From Pelomyxa schiedti (Eukaryota; Protista; Evosea), in assembly GCA_020536535.1 (NCBI GenBank), contig JAHLWZ010000840.1, positions 1 to 64,000 on the forward strand: a stretch of 64,000 bases of DNA. Direction: 5' to 3'. Positions within the stretch are counted from its first letter, which is position 1, and each line of letters opens with the position of its first letter. Below, one piece after another: positions 1-13,088 of the stretch. A program made the translations under genes and the position numbers. The notes beneath the pieces were generated by a model. It made no database searches, was not told the DNA's origin, and saw only the letters and a list, made by a program, of their open reading frames with translations.

Positions 1-73
1 TCTTTTTCGTTTCTTGAGTTGCATCCTTTTTTCCTCAACATCACCTGTTCAATATTTCTTAATTATGTGGAAG

Positions 74-3000
74 GAGAGACAAAGGAATTTGTGGACAATA
101 TTGCTGGCATTTCTTTTAAAGAGTCCTTGTGTACGCCCCCTATTGATATTGTCTACACTTGGGTGAACGGTTCTGATCCTCGCCATATCGAAGGTAATCT
201 TTTCCGTCCCTTAGCGTGTCTAATACCTATAAGCATTGAAAAAGTATAAGTTGGAACTCGAACCTGTGAACGTCTCTGATACAAATACTACAAATTCTAC
301 TCAGCGTGGTACAAATGATGCTGCTAGTGCAAGCCGCTTTGTTGGTATATGAAGATCAATATTCAAACAATGTCCCTTGTTGTAACCTCACCAAAAAAGA
401 CAATGAGGAAATTCGTTTCTCTTTGAGGAGTGTAGAGCAGTTCGCTCCATGGGTTAGACATATCTACATTGTCACCAATGGTCAAATTCCATACTGGCTT
501 GACTTGAGAAATCCACGCATCACTATTGTCACACATGAGGATGTAAGTCAAGCAACATACTCATTGCTTTACACGTTTAATCTGAAGGGGAAAAAAAAAA
601 GATTTTCCAGAATAAATCACATTTACCCACATTCAGCTCTCCTGCAATAGAAACGCATCTTCACAGGTAGGAAAGTTCAAACCTCAACCCCACTAACAGA
701 GGCAAGGATTCCTGGGCTATCAAAATATTTTTTGTACTTAAATGACGATGTGATGTTTGGGAGTCCTGTTTGGCCATCTGATTTCTTCACACAGGCAGAA
801 GGGCAAAAGGTCATTTCATAATAATCCAGAGATTCGTGACAATTTTTGACTGTAGGTTTACCTAGCCTGGCCAGTTCCTAATTGTGCTGAAGGTTGTCCC
901 TCCAACTGGCTTGGAGATGGTTACTGCGATCGCCCATGGTCTGTCATAGTTATCTTCATACCTAGCTCACCCTTCCAAGTAACGTGAGTGCCTGCAACTT
1001 TGATGAAGGTGATTGCAAAAATGCTTCTTCGGCGGCTGGGTGGTGGTCACAACAACAGCAAACGACTTCAGATGATAGATACAGCAAGTACTGCTCACGA
1101 AGCTGCCCTGACAGTTGGCTTGGTGATCGATACTGTGATAGGATGTGCAACGTCGCTGATTGTGCCTTCGATGCAGGAGATTGCGGTTTTATTCTTTTAC
1201 CTGTGGTTAGATGTCAGTTAATATTTTCCCGTAGGTGTGGGTGATCTGTATCAGCACGTTCAGGGTTTTGTAGCAACTGATGGAGGGACATACACCGCGC
1301 CTCATGGGGCAACCGCTCTGTACTTTAATCTCACACAGCTCTTTGAGCCTCACCTCAATATCTCCATTTCCGAGGGTAATCATAACAATCCCATTCTCGT
1401 CAGAACAGCTGTTGTCACAAGACAACACAATATTCTGGTCATCATGTTTCACAAGAACCAAACCTTTGACTCTGTATGCTTAAAAAACCTTATCTTTCCC
1501 TCACACAGTTTCTTCAGGTTAAAGTGAATCTGACAGCAGAAGTATCAAGTGGAACACCTGCACTTATTCCACGAAGTTTCACAATATTCGCCAGTACATC
1601 TTTACAAAACCGCACTGCAGCAGACACTTCTGTGAATAACACTGGTGCTGCCAATGCGACAAGTAAGTGGGACACTTAATTTTATATTCATCCACTCAAC
1701 TCCATCAGATGTGCCTATCCTTGAAAGTACTAACGGTAGAGGAGATGTACAATTATTATCCCCCCTTAATTGCTTCAAGATGCAGAAGGAGAGGGCGGTT
1801 CGATTTCAAACTTCTCTGCCACCACAAGTCGGAAACTTGCAGAGATGGGCACATATAATCCTCATGTAACATTATTACAGTAGTTTTTAAAATCACCGTG
1901 TGTAGATTACCGCACGACGATTGTTTGATACCTTTGGAGATTCACTGAAAGTAGAATTGACCCCTAGTTTCTCTTTCCCTCACAATTTCAGTTTGTAAAT
2001 CGTATATACAATGACGTATATGGTGCATCCCCCAGACGTGTTCCAGCCCATATGCCACATATGATTAATTCTGATATTATTAGTGCTCTTCAGGCAAGGT
2101 ACTAATATCGACATTTTCCCTCCCCTCACTTGTCACGGGCAGATGGCCTGAACAGTGGAACCGCACTTCCTCACATCGTTTCCGTGCGGGCAACGATATG
2201 CAATACTCTTTCTCTTACTTTTACTACCTTATGAGTGAACCTGTGGATTTCAATCTGGAAAAAATCTGGTCCGATGATCTTGACATTAACCATGATGGTT
2301 TCTTGAATGATAACGAATTGCGCACGCTTGCAATTGGCTTACTTACTGTTCCTCTCCCACCTGACGGTCGGCGTCCGTGTTAGTCTTTAAGCATCTTCTT
2401 ACCCCAACACATAGCGATCGCGTTAATAAAACAGTTGATCTATAACTGCAGTTTTCCTATGGGCTTTTCTAGTGAACCACCTATTACTCTTGATTTATTA
2501 CGATGTAATACAACATTTACTCAAATTGAGGCCATGTATGAGGACCACTTGAAGTTTCGGTATGCCTTTCATGGTAATCTTGGTGTAAACACCTTCCTTC
2601 AGATTTGAGATAAAAGATACTGACGAAGTAGGCTTTATAATGGTCAACACCAACGACTCTACCCTAGTGGGAAAGCTGGATGGGATTCGACAGAAACGCC
2701 ACAAATTTGTATGAACCCGTCAATATATCTAGTTCAGTATTGAAATTTAACACCCAAAACAGGTATGTTTGAATGATAACCTCAATCACTCAAACCCTTT
2801 GTCTGAAGCCACAGTTGACCTCTTGCATCACTTCTACATGGGATTCTTCCCGCTTCCGTCGCAGTTTGAACTGCCTGTTGGTGTGCGGAACAAGTACCTT
2901 CATACCGACGAGCTTTACACAGCGTACTACCAATCCTCAATTCCAACCCACTAAATACACACAGGCAAGCTCTAGCCAGACTCAAGAACATGTACCTCAC

Positions 3001-3124
3001 AGGCGGTGCAGTAGTATGCCTGTTTATCTTTATTTGCGTAGTCAGGTGTTGTCTGTCAACAACATCATCAGCCTCATACCGCCGCCAAAAACGCCAACAT
3101 CGTGTTAATGACTTCATGAGCTAG
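74..3124 (+). CDS. GNPTAB: GlcNAc-1-phosphotransferase alpha/beta-like (Stealth family), multi-exon; exon 1 is not upstream within the window (see 3862-4003)
   Basis: Stealth CR1 [15 protein letters not shown]2 [29 protein letters not shown] and [11 protein letters not shown], two LNR/Notch repeats ([24 protein letters not shown]), [13 protein letters not shown]-hand [14 protein letters not shown]4 CLNDNL, C-terminal TM helix; stop at 3122-3124. Confidence 0.92.
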
Positions 3125-3317
3125 TTGACACTTTGTGTATTTGTATTGAAAGCCCAAATTACCGCCTCAGTTTTGCCCCCAACTGCGAGCAACACAATTA
3201 ATTGGCTTGTAGCCTTTTTTCCCACTAAGTATGCTAAAGAATAAAACTCTCTTGTCATTTCATTTGAAACAAAACTTGAAACAGAGAAAATTTTCACAAA
3301 GGTGCAGCAGTGTTGGC

Positions 3318-3743
3318 CTAATCCTTTATGGGGAAAGGTTGTGTTGGCTCAATCACACGGGGAGGTAGTGCGGATGGGACTGCCAAGTCGAAGACATTAA
3401 GCATGTGCTCGCATTGTGCCTTTAGAGTGTTCAGGCCATCGACCAAGACTGTTCTGCCACTTGGCGCTTTTAGGTGATGTCATTAACTAATATGATTCAA
3501 TAAGGGACTGGTAGATACATACGGGGATTTCCGGTGGTTTGTATTCTGTGCGTGATAGTAAGTGCCATTGTTGTATGTGAAAAGCAATTAATAGATTCAA
3601 TAAGTAAAGAAGCTTCCAATTACCTCACTGATACTTTGTTCTGGGCTAGTTGCGTGGTGAGTTGTATTCACAGTCATTAAAAAATGTATGAATGGAAGAT
3701 ACTTGGATGAGGAATGCTATAGCCCACAAAATCGACGTCTTGC
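3318..3743 (-). CDS. POLR1D: RNA polymerase I/III subunit AC19 (RPAC2), 3' exons only
   Basis: Spliced reading gives QDVDFVGYSIPHP..NKVSVRIQTTG...VLVDGLNTLKAQCEHMLNVF, the RPB11/AC19 dimerisation motif (yeast AC19-type GYSIPHP); the N-terminal exon is absent. Confidence 0.8.
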
Positions 3744-3772
3744 CTTTTTTTGTGTGTGTTTTTGGCATGGGG

Positions 3773-3847
<75 letters not shown>
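3773..3847. repeat. Homopolymer tract A37-GGG-A35
   Basis: Read directly; lies between the GNPTAB-like first exon and the AC19 exon. Confidence 0.97.
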
Positions 3848-3852
<5 letters not shown>

Positions 3853-3861
3853 CTGTGCCAC

Positions 3862-4003
3862 CTCGGTACTTCATGAAATGCCTTGCTGTGAACACAACGG
3901 TGTTCAATGACAACACCGCGCAAATTACGCACAAGGCCATTCCCCATTTCGTTGACAACAACGTGTAGCACTTGTTTTGCAGCAGTTTACGCAACCCCGC
4001 CAT
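3862..4003 (-). CDS. GNPTAB: Displaced first exon of the GNPTAB-like gene (cytosolic tail plus first TM helix)
   Basis: MAGLRKLLQNKCYTLLSTKWGMALCVICAVLSLNTVVFTARHFMKYR resembles the GNPTAB N-terminus ([20 protein letters not shown]); the GT donor at 3861-3860 is phase 1, matching the phase-1 acceptor at 72-73. Confidence 0.8.
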
Positions 4004-4445
4004 TTCCCAAAGTCACACGCACACCCGGCCCCCCCCGCCCACTGCGTTGCTTAATTCGACTGTAAAATGACAATAGAGCCCCCCCCCAACTACTACTAAT
4101 ACTAACGCGGCGGTCCCTCCCTCGCACGTCCCTTCGTGTCCTGGGCCACTCACCACCGAGCACTTGCGAAAAGTGGGAGCTCAAAAAAATGTCGATCTGC
4201 TAAATAGAAACTTAGCTTCCAAAGATGAGTCTCCCTTGCCACCCTGGCCTCCTCTTCCTTTCCATCCATCACCGTTGCGATCGCGCCCACCATTTCTCGC
4301 GCTTTGGCGGAACCGGGGAATGCTTGAATCTGGTGCAGATCTGGAATCTCAATATTCATTTTTTTTTGTTCCCCATTCTTTTTCGTGTAAGCAGCGGAAG
4401 AGACTCTTCGCCCCACAACCGAGTTTGAGGCCGGTAACAGGGTGC

Positions 4446-7400
4446 ATGGGAAATAGTGGGTCGCGAAAGGGTGAAAATGTTTCTGGTCAATCCACCGAGG
4501 CGCCTTTCACAATCAAACCTTTTGGTGTGCCTTGCTTTGGGTTTGTGTGGTGTTAATCATGTGTTGACTGCATCAGAGTAGATGGTACTGGGTGTGCTTT
4601 CTTTCGAAGCAAATACAGTGGACTTGTTGTGCCCCATGCGGGGCCATTGGCCCCAACATCTGCTGTGACAGTTGAAATGTGGTTGTTCTGCAAATACCCT
4701 GGAGAGGCATCAGAAACCTATCCAGTTCACTTCCCGCTCTTATGTATTGTATTTCTTTTTTTTTATTATGGTTTGTTGCTATACTTTCTTTATCGAACCA
4801 CCAGTTTAGGTATACGTAGCAAAACTGAACAACCAATGGGACTCCACTGGATATGGCTTGATGGGAAATTACGGTGCACTTCTTCTTCTTCAACAAAAGA
4901 TGCTTTCTTACTCTTGGAACTCTTTAAGCTGGTAGTGTGTACTTCTTTGTAGGTGGGTGGAATGGATTAAAAACGGAGTCCATATCTCTGCCACGTGTAA
5001 GCCCACGTTCATGAAATCAATTTTGTTCGTTATTCATATGGCAACCAGAATGAGTGGACCCATATTTGTGGTGTGTTCGCACAGCGGCAAGTGAAGCTGT
5101 ATGCTCCAACTTGATAGCCTTGTGTTCTTAATCTCCCCAAGATACATAAACGGGATATTACGTACAGCAAACACAGATTGGAGCACGCATAAAATAAAAT
5201 ATAGTTCGCAGGCTCCTCTTCACCTTGGGTCAACCAGATGGGAACATTATGAAGCTCCATACGGATTTTCAGGGTATATGAAAGATGTCAAAATTTGGAA
5301 TTGTAGCAGAACGGAGCAGCAGGTATAGGTCAACTTCTTCAAGTAAAGTGCCAACAAATACCCGGAGATTCGAGATTCCTTGGCTAATGGAAGTGTTGAT
5401 ATTGAAATGGAGCTCTCGCACTTGTTGCTCTGGCTTCCCCTGAATAGGAACTGTGAGAATTTTTTACAAGATAGGGGCCCACATAAGTTTCTTGCGCGCC
5501 AGTGTGAGAGTGACTGCCCTGTTCAGTGTGTGTCTGAGCCTCCAGACTCTCCAAAAGTGGTATGAAATGTACCCCCATTTTGTCAAATTGATTATCTTTA
5601 GGCTATTCACATTCCAGTGGAAATACCTCCCTTCGAAGAAACTGATAATGAGAAACCTTCTGCAAAGTTCTTGCATTTTTCCAGTATTGACTCTGGCATT
5701 ATGATGCCTCACCACGAGTCACTTAATCCTCATCGGGCAGTAACTGTTGAATGCCGTCTTTACTGTACAGTACCTGAGGACCTTCCAACTTGGGCAGTAT
5801 GTTTTCGTGCAGCCGTCGTCATAGGACTAATTTCCTATCAGGTTTATATCGCCAAGATAACAGAGTCCTGGGATAAAACTGGTTATGGTTTAATCGCCAG
5901 TGGCGGTATGTATTTGTGAACTTTTTTTAAATGACCTCAAACCACAGCTGGCACCGTGTTCTTCTTTGTCAATGGCTGGAATGGCCAGGCAACTCCAGCC
6001 ACTCCATTGAGAGGGGTCCGTGTGCCTTTCCAGTTGTTGCACCTTAATCAAACCGCAGGGAATTTGGACACACATATGTGGTGTTTTTGATAATGGCGAC
6101 GCACAACTGTATTCGTCACATTTCACTTTTACTTTTACTTGATACTTGAAGTTACATAGATGGCGAACTACAATATTTGGTTAGTGGAGGAAAAACAATA
6201 AAACCAAATATGGCACGAAGTGGATATTGCACATATGAGAATGGGCCTACTTCCTATGGTTTCAGAGGTTCTATCCAAGATATAAGGATTTGGAAGTGTG
6301 CAAGAAGTCCATCACAAGCAAGTTGACTTGAAATGGTTTTTTCTTGGTTAATTCTTTGATAGATACGTGAAAATATGGCCACTCTTTCAGAGAGTGACCG
6401 AAATTCAGAGGACCTCCTTTGCTGGTTTCCACTTGGCAGTAGTAACCTCCCTTTGGAAATTCCTCTTCTTTACAGTGGAGGACGAGTGTCTCTGCCAATC
6501 AGTCAGATCGGTAGTAGTATCAATGGTGAAGATTTTGTATGTATTGGGTCATATTCACTGTCATATTATCCATTGATCGTACTACACAGATAATTGGAGT
6601 CCCAATTGGTGTTTGCAAGTTGGTGACTCGAAGGACTCTGCACATCTCTGGAGAATGTGGTTTAAGGGTGAAACCAAGGTGGGACCATTTTGCCGAAAAC
6701 AATTTGACAATAGAGTGCTGGTTTCTCATGTACCAGCATTCCTTTGAAAAAACAGTAAGAGTACAAGACTTCACAGATGTCTTCTTAGGTTTACTCTTTG
6801 TGAGGTGTTTCTGTCTCAAGGAGTATATGGTACAGGATTTGCACTTTCTTTCATCAATGGTCAGTAATACTCTATTTTTTTCCTCGACCAAGCCTGCTAT
6901 TTCTTAAACTAGATCGGATTTCACTTGCTGTATGCACCCAAGATATCATGACACCTGTAGGCATTCAGAAGGTAGTATTCTACCATTGATGCTCTTTGTA
7001 ATTTTTTTCCATAAGGGTTATTGGGTTCACATCTGCTACGTATATGAAAGTGGACTGCACAAACTGTACACTCAATAATCGTGATGGGTGGGCACAACTC
7101 TAACATAACCATCACAGTTATGTCAATGGCGAGTGTGCTTCTTCAACTGCGATGCGTTTTCCACTCTCTTTTGATCCTACAAGTGTGCTGCACATTGGTA
7201 GAAGCCCGATTGACCCCGAACCACCCAAACACTTCAAGGGATTTTGCCGAGATGTGAGACTATGGTCCTGTGTGCGTACCCCAGAGCAGGCAGGTCACGT
7301 CTGCAATCGAAGCTTTCTGCATTCTCACATTGCCAGATAAAATCCAATTTTCAGAGACTTTCTGGAAGTCGCCAGAACCTTGAAGTTTGGCTTCCCCTCG

Positions 7401-7713
7401 GCTCTAATGGCTATTTCACTGCCAATCAAACACATTTTTTATCTGATGTCAGCACTAATAGCTGCATTGTGGAACATATTGGCCCTGTTCAAGCTCTGCC
7501 TCTTCCCGTTCCTCCATCCACAGGTCGGTACTTACCTAATATTAATGCTCCACCACTGCCAATGAGATTTCCCTCTAACCTGCGGTATGTTTAGTGCCAT
7601 GGGCACTATCCCGGCTCTTGTTTATCGGCAAGCTCAAGAATGATGAGAACGAGAACTGTTACCTCCGCAACCTTCCCCTTGATGTTATCATTAAAATCCT
7701 CTCCTTTCTGTGA
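4446..7713 (+). CDS. Protein with three LamG/concanavalin-A-like domains, likely N-myristoylated, with C-terminal F-box/SOCS-like motif
   Basis: Start MGNSGSRK; three repeats with TVE.W/R, WTHI.GVF, FSGYMKDVKIWN / FKGFCRDVRLWS; ends WALSRLLFIGKLK...LRNLPLDVIIKILSFL*. Confidence 0.75.
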
Positions 7714-8208
7714 GCATATGGCTTGATTAGAAGGAACCACAAAAAAGAAAAGGAGTTTCTTTTAATTCATCATGGAGTGCTTAAAGTCGTGAAACTGTGT
7801 CATTGGCATCCACAGACAAAACATCACCGAGGTTCATGTTCTGAATCTGTACTGCAGAACCACCACCCCAAGTGTATCTCATTGTTCCCGGACCTGTAAC
7901 TTGCCAATGCCTGAGCATGCCGCCTCGGGACTGCTGCCAACGATCACTCCCAATTGTGGCAGTAGTGCGACACAAGTAGAGTTGTTTGCCACTTTTGCAA
8001 CGCCAAAGGCATATTTCACATAAAATTTAATTTTCCAGGTTGACGGAACCAGGACTTTAGTCCAAAATCCTTCTCCCTTCCCACACAGGGACTGCTGGAC
8101 CAAGCACATTTGCTGGTCCACCCACGACCGAGAACAACACTCTGATTCATCAAAACGAAATTTTTAGTGTGACTCCCAACTTTTTGTTTACTCGTGGGTG
8201 GAGAATTC

Positions 8209-10651
8209 TCACAGAGATGAGGAACATGTGTCACAGTAAAAGGCACCTTCCACCACAGCAACGCCCTCGTCAGGATCAAGAGCCACTGAGCACTTGGCAC
8301 ATTTGACACAGGAGCGGTGGTATACATCATCAAGTATCTCAACTGAGGGCGAGATATAGAGGGGCTTGTGGCACAGCTTGCAGGCCCGGCTGCAGTCATC
8401 GCAGTAGAGCTGCACGTATGATTGGTCAGATAAGGGTTATATTGTGCGGTGTGTTTGTGGTTGTGGGGGTAAAGTTTGTCCCGGGACATACTGCTCCATC
8501 GATAACATGTGGGTTCTTGAGGTTGGAATTGCACTTCTTGCACCTGAAGCAATCGGTGTGATAGAATTTGCCTTCATAGGTCTTGAATGCCCTCAACGTG
8601 CTAGGGATGCGGGTTTGGCACGCAGAACACATTTTCTCATTGAAACATTTGCTGCAAAGTTTAGTTCCTGCAATGCATTGATTAGAGAAGGACGGCAGGG
8701 AATAAAAGGAAAACCTCTGTTGTCGAAGAACTCAGATATTTCGCAGCCACAGCTGGCACATTTTACCATTACAACCTTTTGTGAGGTTAAGACGTGATTT
8801 ATTTAAGACTTGTCTGGCATACAACTGGTGGCTCTGCTTCTGATGCGGGAGGTATCACAGCCAATCGCAGGGGTTTGGCAGCAGAAATGCGAAGTATAAA
8901 ATGAGATTCTGTGCCTGGTTCAAACGTGCAGGGTACAAGAACATAGGGCTTATTTGCTTGCATCACGAACTCTCCACCAACTACACTCTAGTGAACAATG
9001 GCACATGTAGTAACTTGTTTTAACCTTGACGTTTGTTGTAGAATGTACCACTTGTACAAGCAAGGTCCGTTTTTGTCGCCTTTGGGAGGAGTGTATCAAT
9101 AGCTAAACAAAGTTCAGAAAAGATATGCAAAACTCGAATGAAACCATTTGCTCCATGTACAGTAAACCCAATGTTGATTAGTGTCTGGGCGGGAGCAGGT
9201 TGTGCCAAGGATATGGCCACCGCACATTCCTCCCCACAAGAGAGACTGTATTGTGGGTTATTTCCCCATGTTGCATGGTTACTGCATCCACCCGCGGATT
9301 CTACTTTCCAATCACCCTCTGTAACAAACTCCTATTTACGGATTAATTGTCATAACATTTTGAATTAAAGGTAAACCTTAGGGGAAACACAACAAACATC
9401 GAAATGATCAAAAGTGGCTACGAACTCTTCAGGTGTCAAACTGCCACAGAGTAAAAAACACAAATTCTTTCAAGAAGTGGGTACCAAAAAGAGTCAATAG
9501 TTGTCTCACTGATTCCAAATTTGGTTCGAAGTTCTGGAGTCCACTTGGGGCTGCAGTTGCTCCATTCTCCTGTTGTATATTAAGATAATTGAGGTCAACA
9601 TAATTTTAAATTACCTTCCCAGTCCCCTCGTTGCCATTGATTCCACACCTTTATCAGTGGAACTCCAAGAACATCACTAACGGCTTCAACTACATATGGG
9701 TACCCCTCGTTTACTCCAGTTGTATTCTAGTATGTTAATTACTTCAATAAAAAAAAACCTTCTAGAACATTACGAAGGAAAGAGCAGTAGCTTTTGTGGC
9801 AGTCACTATCCAGTTCATGGATAAATAATACTTCATTTTTGCAGCGATCTGCGGTGCGCCTCCAAGGTCTGCGAAGTTGACTTGAAGAGGGACACCTCCG
9901 GCTATATCAACAAATCCATCTGCAAGTGTGCCTTTCGACATGGCCTCATAAGAGCCACGTAACTTGGCATATGCTTTTTCAACTATGCAGGGCCCTGCGA
10001 GAGTGAGGATACGGAAGGTTTTAAAAAGGGGATTCATTACTCACAGAATTCGTTTTCATTTGTGGAAGATGCAAAAATAGGTCGGCCCGTGGCGGTAGAG
10101 CATGGAATCTGATCGTCCACTTTTATAGAGCTATGAGAAGTAAGGAGGCTTAAAGCAAATATTGATTTGTCGGTTCTTGACACTTGCTTACACGGGATGT
10201 CCATTGTAGGAAAAATTGACTGTGTAGCCACCGTCTGGTGTTCTTCCAAACATTCGGACAATAATCTCTTTGCGGCGACAGAATACTGCTGCCATGGCCC
10301 CAACGAACCACCAATCTCCTAAAATAGCGTTCAAAAAAAAGAAAAACGTTTATTTGGAGAGTTTTATAAAATACCTAATCTGCCAAGCACAGGAGAACCA
10401 GACACAGGGCGATTGAAGAGAACAGCCTTACTAGATATCTCGAGTGGTCTCTTCCACACAATTGCAGCATTTTCTAAAACAGGGTAAATAAAAGCAAGGG
10501 AAAGCCCAAGAAATAAGTGTACAAAAGAGAATAAAAAAGTGAAAGTAATGTGGGGAAGGCAATTACTTCCTTGAGCTGCTTGTGTTGGAGATATTGACGA
10601 AAACGATGCAGGAAATTCCTCGTCCGTAAACACGGGGGCAGTCGCTGCCAT
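8209..10651 (-). CDS. Calpain-like protein (CysPc plus domain III) with C-terminal LIM domains; catalytic residues substituted
   Basis: FTDEEFPAS, IVWKRPLEI, VEKAYAKLRGSYEAMSKG, GDWKVESAGGCSNHATWGNNPQY; two LIM domains (CSAC...YHTDCFRCKKC...YCDDC; CKLC...YHRSCVKCAKC...YCDTC). Confidence 0.85.
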
Positions 10652-10891
10652 GTTTCGAGGGGTTTTTTTCTTTTGAGACTAAAATGAGCGGCTGATGGTT
10701 CCCTGAAGAACACGAAATGTCGTGACGGTTCAGTCTGCGAACAGGCAGATCCAGATCGTGTGTGTCTGGTAAGAACGCAACCCAAATCCCACATTGCACA
10801 TACTCAGACAGCTGGAAACACCCACACCCAGAATTCTGGCAGAGGAACCCATTCATTCCAATCTGAGAAGAGTTAACGGAAAACCCGAAGA

Positions 10892-13040
10892 ATGTCGGCT
10901 GACAGCGAGGAGCTGCGGTGCCCCATCTGTCTGGAGTTGTTTGACGACCCAAGGATACTCCCATGTACCATAATCCCGTCGCACGTTTGTCATTCCCAAA
11001 AAAAAACCCCCGAACATCTAACAGAAAACCCCAAGGTGGGCACACCTTTTGCTTTCGCTGCTTGCAAGGTCACTTCCATCTGCAGTCCCTGATTCCCAAG
11101 ACCGCGGTCAGTAGCAGCCCCAAAGGACCCTCTCCCACCACTGCAGTCTCTGCTTCTGCGTTGACATGCCCCATGTGCTGCGCGGCCATTTCCGCAGCTA
11201 CAGACCCAAGTGCTCTTCCACGCAACATCGCCGCATGCAACATGGTGTCGACCGCGAAATCTCCAGGAGGTGCCGCGGCCTCGGCAAACGCCTACGGCAG
11301 GGCGGGCTCCAATGCCGAGAGCGAGAGTTCCAAGCCCTGCACGAACTGCGGGGAGGCCCCGGCCACTCTTTCCTGCGCAGAGTGCAGCGCGACGCTGTGC
11401 GCGGCGTGCAGCAAGTCCGTCCACGCCATGAGGATGTTCTCATCGCACAAAGTGTCTCCGATCGAAACGGCGCGACGCGTCCCGGGCCAGGCCGCGAAGC
11501 CGCCGTCCGCAAAGTGCAGGATTCACCAGGCGCAGGACCTGTCACTTTACTGTAAGCAGGATGAGTGCCTTGCCTGCTCGCATTGCCTTCTCCTTGGGCC
11601 TCATACCTCGGGCGGTGTGCCTCATCAGTGCATTTCCGCCGACGACGCGGAATCGCAGAGGCGGGCTATCTGCGGGCAGCAACTTGACAGGGTGAACAAC
11701 TGGTGTTCGAAGGCAAACCTCATTTCAACCGGCTGCGGCGATGCTGCTGCGCAGCTGAAGGCAGAGGTTTCTGAGGTTGAGGCGGCGCTGAATAACAATT
11801 TTGAAGAAGTAATATGCGCAGTGGAGAAAAGGAGACAAGAACTGATTTCCGCACTGCATGCTGACCATCGAAGAAGAGGTGCTTTTTTTTGGGACATTGT
11901 GTGTACTAAGCTATTTTAGAGTCTGAGCTTGAGCTTTTGAAAGAGAGAGCTTTTACAGTCTCAAAAAGTGCACAAGAGGTGAAAGATGTGCTGGAAAAAT
12001 TAAGCAAATTCGGCCAAATCCCTTTCTTGAGCAATTATCACACTGTCAGCGGCCGTGCTAATGCCTTGCTATCTATTCCACCTCCCGAATTCCCAACAAA
12101 ATGTGGGATTCAGTACCAACCAGTTGACAACTCCTTTCTTTCCCAAGTTGCGCAAATGGGGCAACTCATAGGTATCACTGCATTACAGTTAGGATTACTC
12201 ACATTGATAGGCGGTCTTCAGCCCCCAAGTTCTGAACACAGCACTATTGACGCCGACTGGTCCTCTCTCCATCAATTTGAAGCTGGAATGGATTGCAGAT
12301 GTCATATCCCTGTGACCATTACTGTGTGTGACAAAACCAGTACACCTGTTGCACTTCCATCTACAAGCACCCTCGATTTGACGGCATCTCTTTCTAGCCG
12401 AGGCTGTGTGGTTCCCAGCACTATTGTTACCAACGTGGCAAGTGGCAAATTTGATGTTGAAGTGGCTGGAGTATTCCCCAAGCCAGGACCCTACACAATG
12501 ACTCTAAGTGCAAGCGGGTGCATCAATACAGCCATCTCTCATGATTTCACAGTAACCATACCACTTGCAGAGCTTGACTTCCAGCTTCTCAGATACACTG
12601 GTGACTGGTCATTAGGCACATTTGATAACTGCTGGGGAGGCGTCAGAGTCTCTTCTTTGGGACAAATTAACACTATTCTGCATCAAAGAACACCGCTTTC
12701 ACGAGAGCGGGCACCCAAATCCTCAGGGAAGCCAACATCACTATTTGCCTATCCAAATGAACGAGACCAAAGCTTTGTCATCACACTAGGGAGGATGAGG
12801 ACAGTCGCGGCAATAGGCTTCTCTTGCTCCCGGTGGCTCAATCCTGCAACAATCACATTCACCTTTGATGATGGAACTTACAGTGGGCCTCACGGCAAAC
12901 CTCCTGCTATTACTGACCTCTTTGACACACAGAAGAACAGGTTTACACTTACCAGACCCACTCAAACAACTTCGATTAGCATTTCTGCATCTGGTGGAGC
13001 ACAGGTATGCCTACACAGCCTTGTTATTTGGGGTTCCTAA
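10892..13040 (+). CDS. TRIM-like E3 ligase: RING, two B-boxes, coiled coil, Ig/filamin-like domain, C-terminal beta domain
   Basis: CPICLELFDDPRILPC|GHTFCFRC...CPMC; CTNC...CAEC...LCAAC...H...H; CRIH...LYCKQDECLACSHCLLLGPH; two short introns. Confidence 0.88.
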
Positions 13041-13088
13041 GGAACGCAACTCCAAAAAAAGAACAGAGAATAAGAGCCCTTTTTCTCA

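Noticed and set aside
3646-4003. Poly-Phe and poly-Lys ORFs
   Set aside because: Translations of the intronic homopolymer tract, not real coding sequence.
7781-8150. Extra C-terminal exons of the calpain-like gene or a small separate gene
   Set aside because: No recognisable motif or convincing frame; may be UTR.
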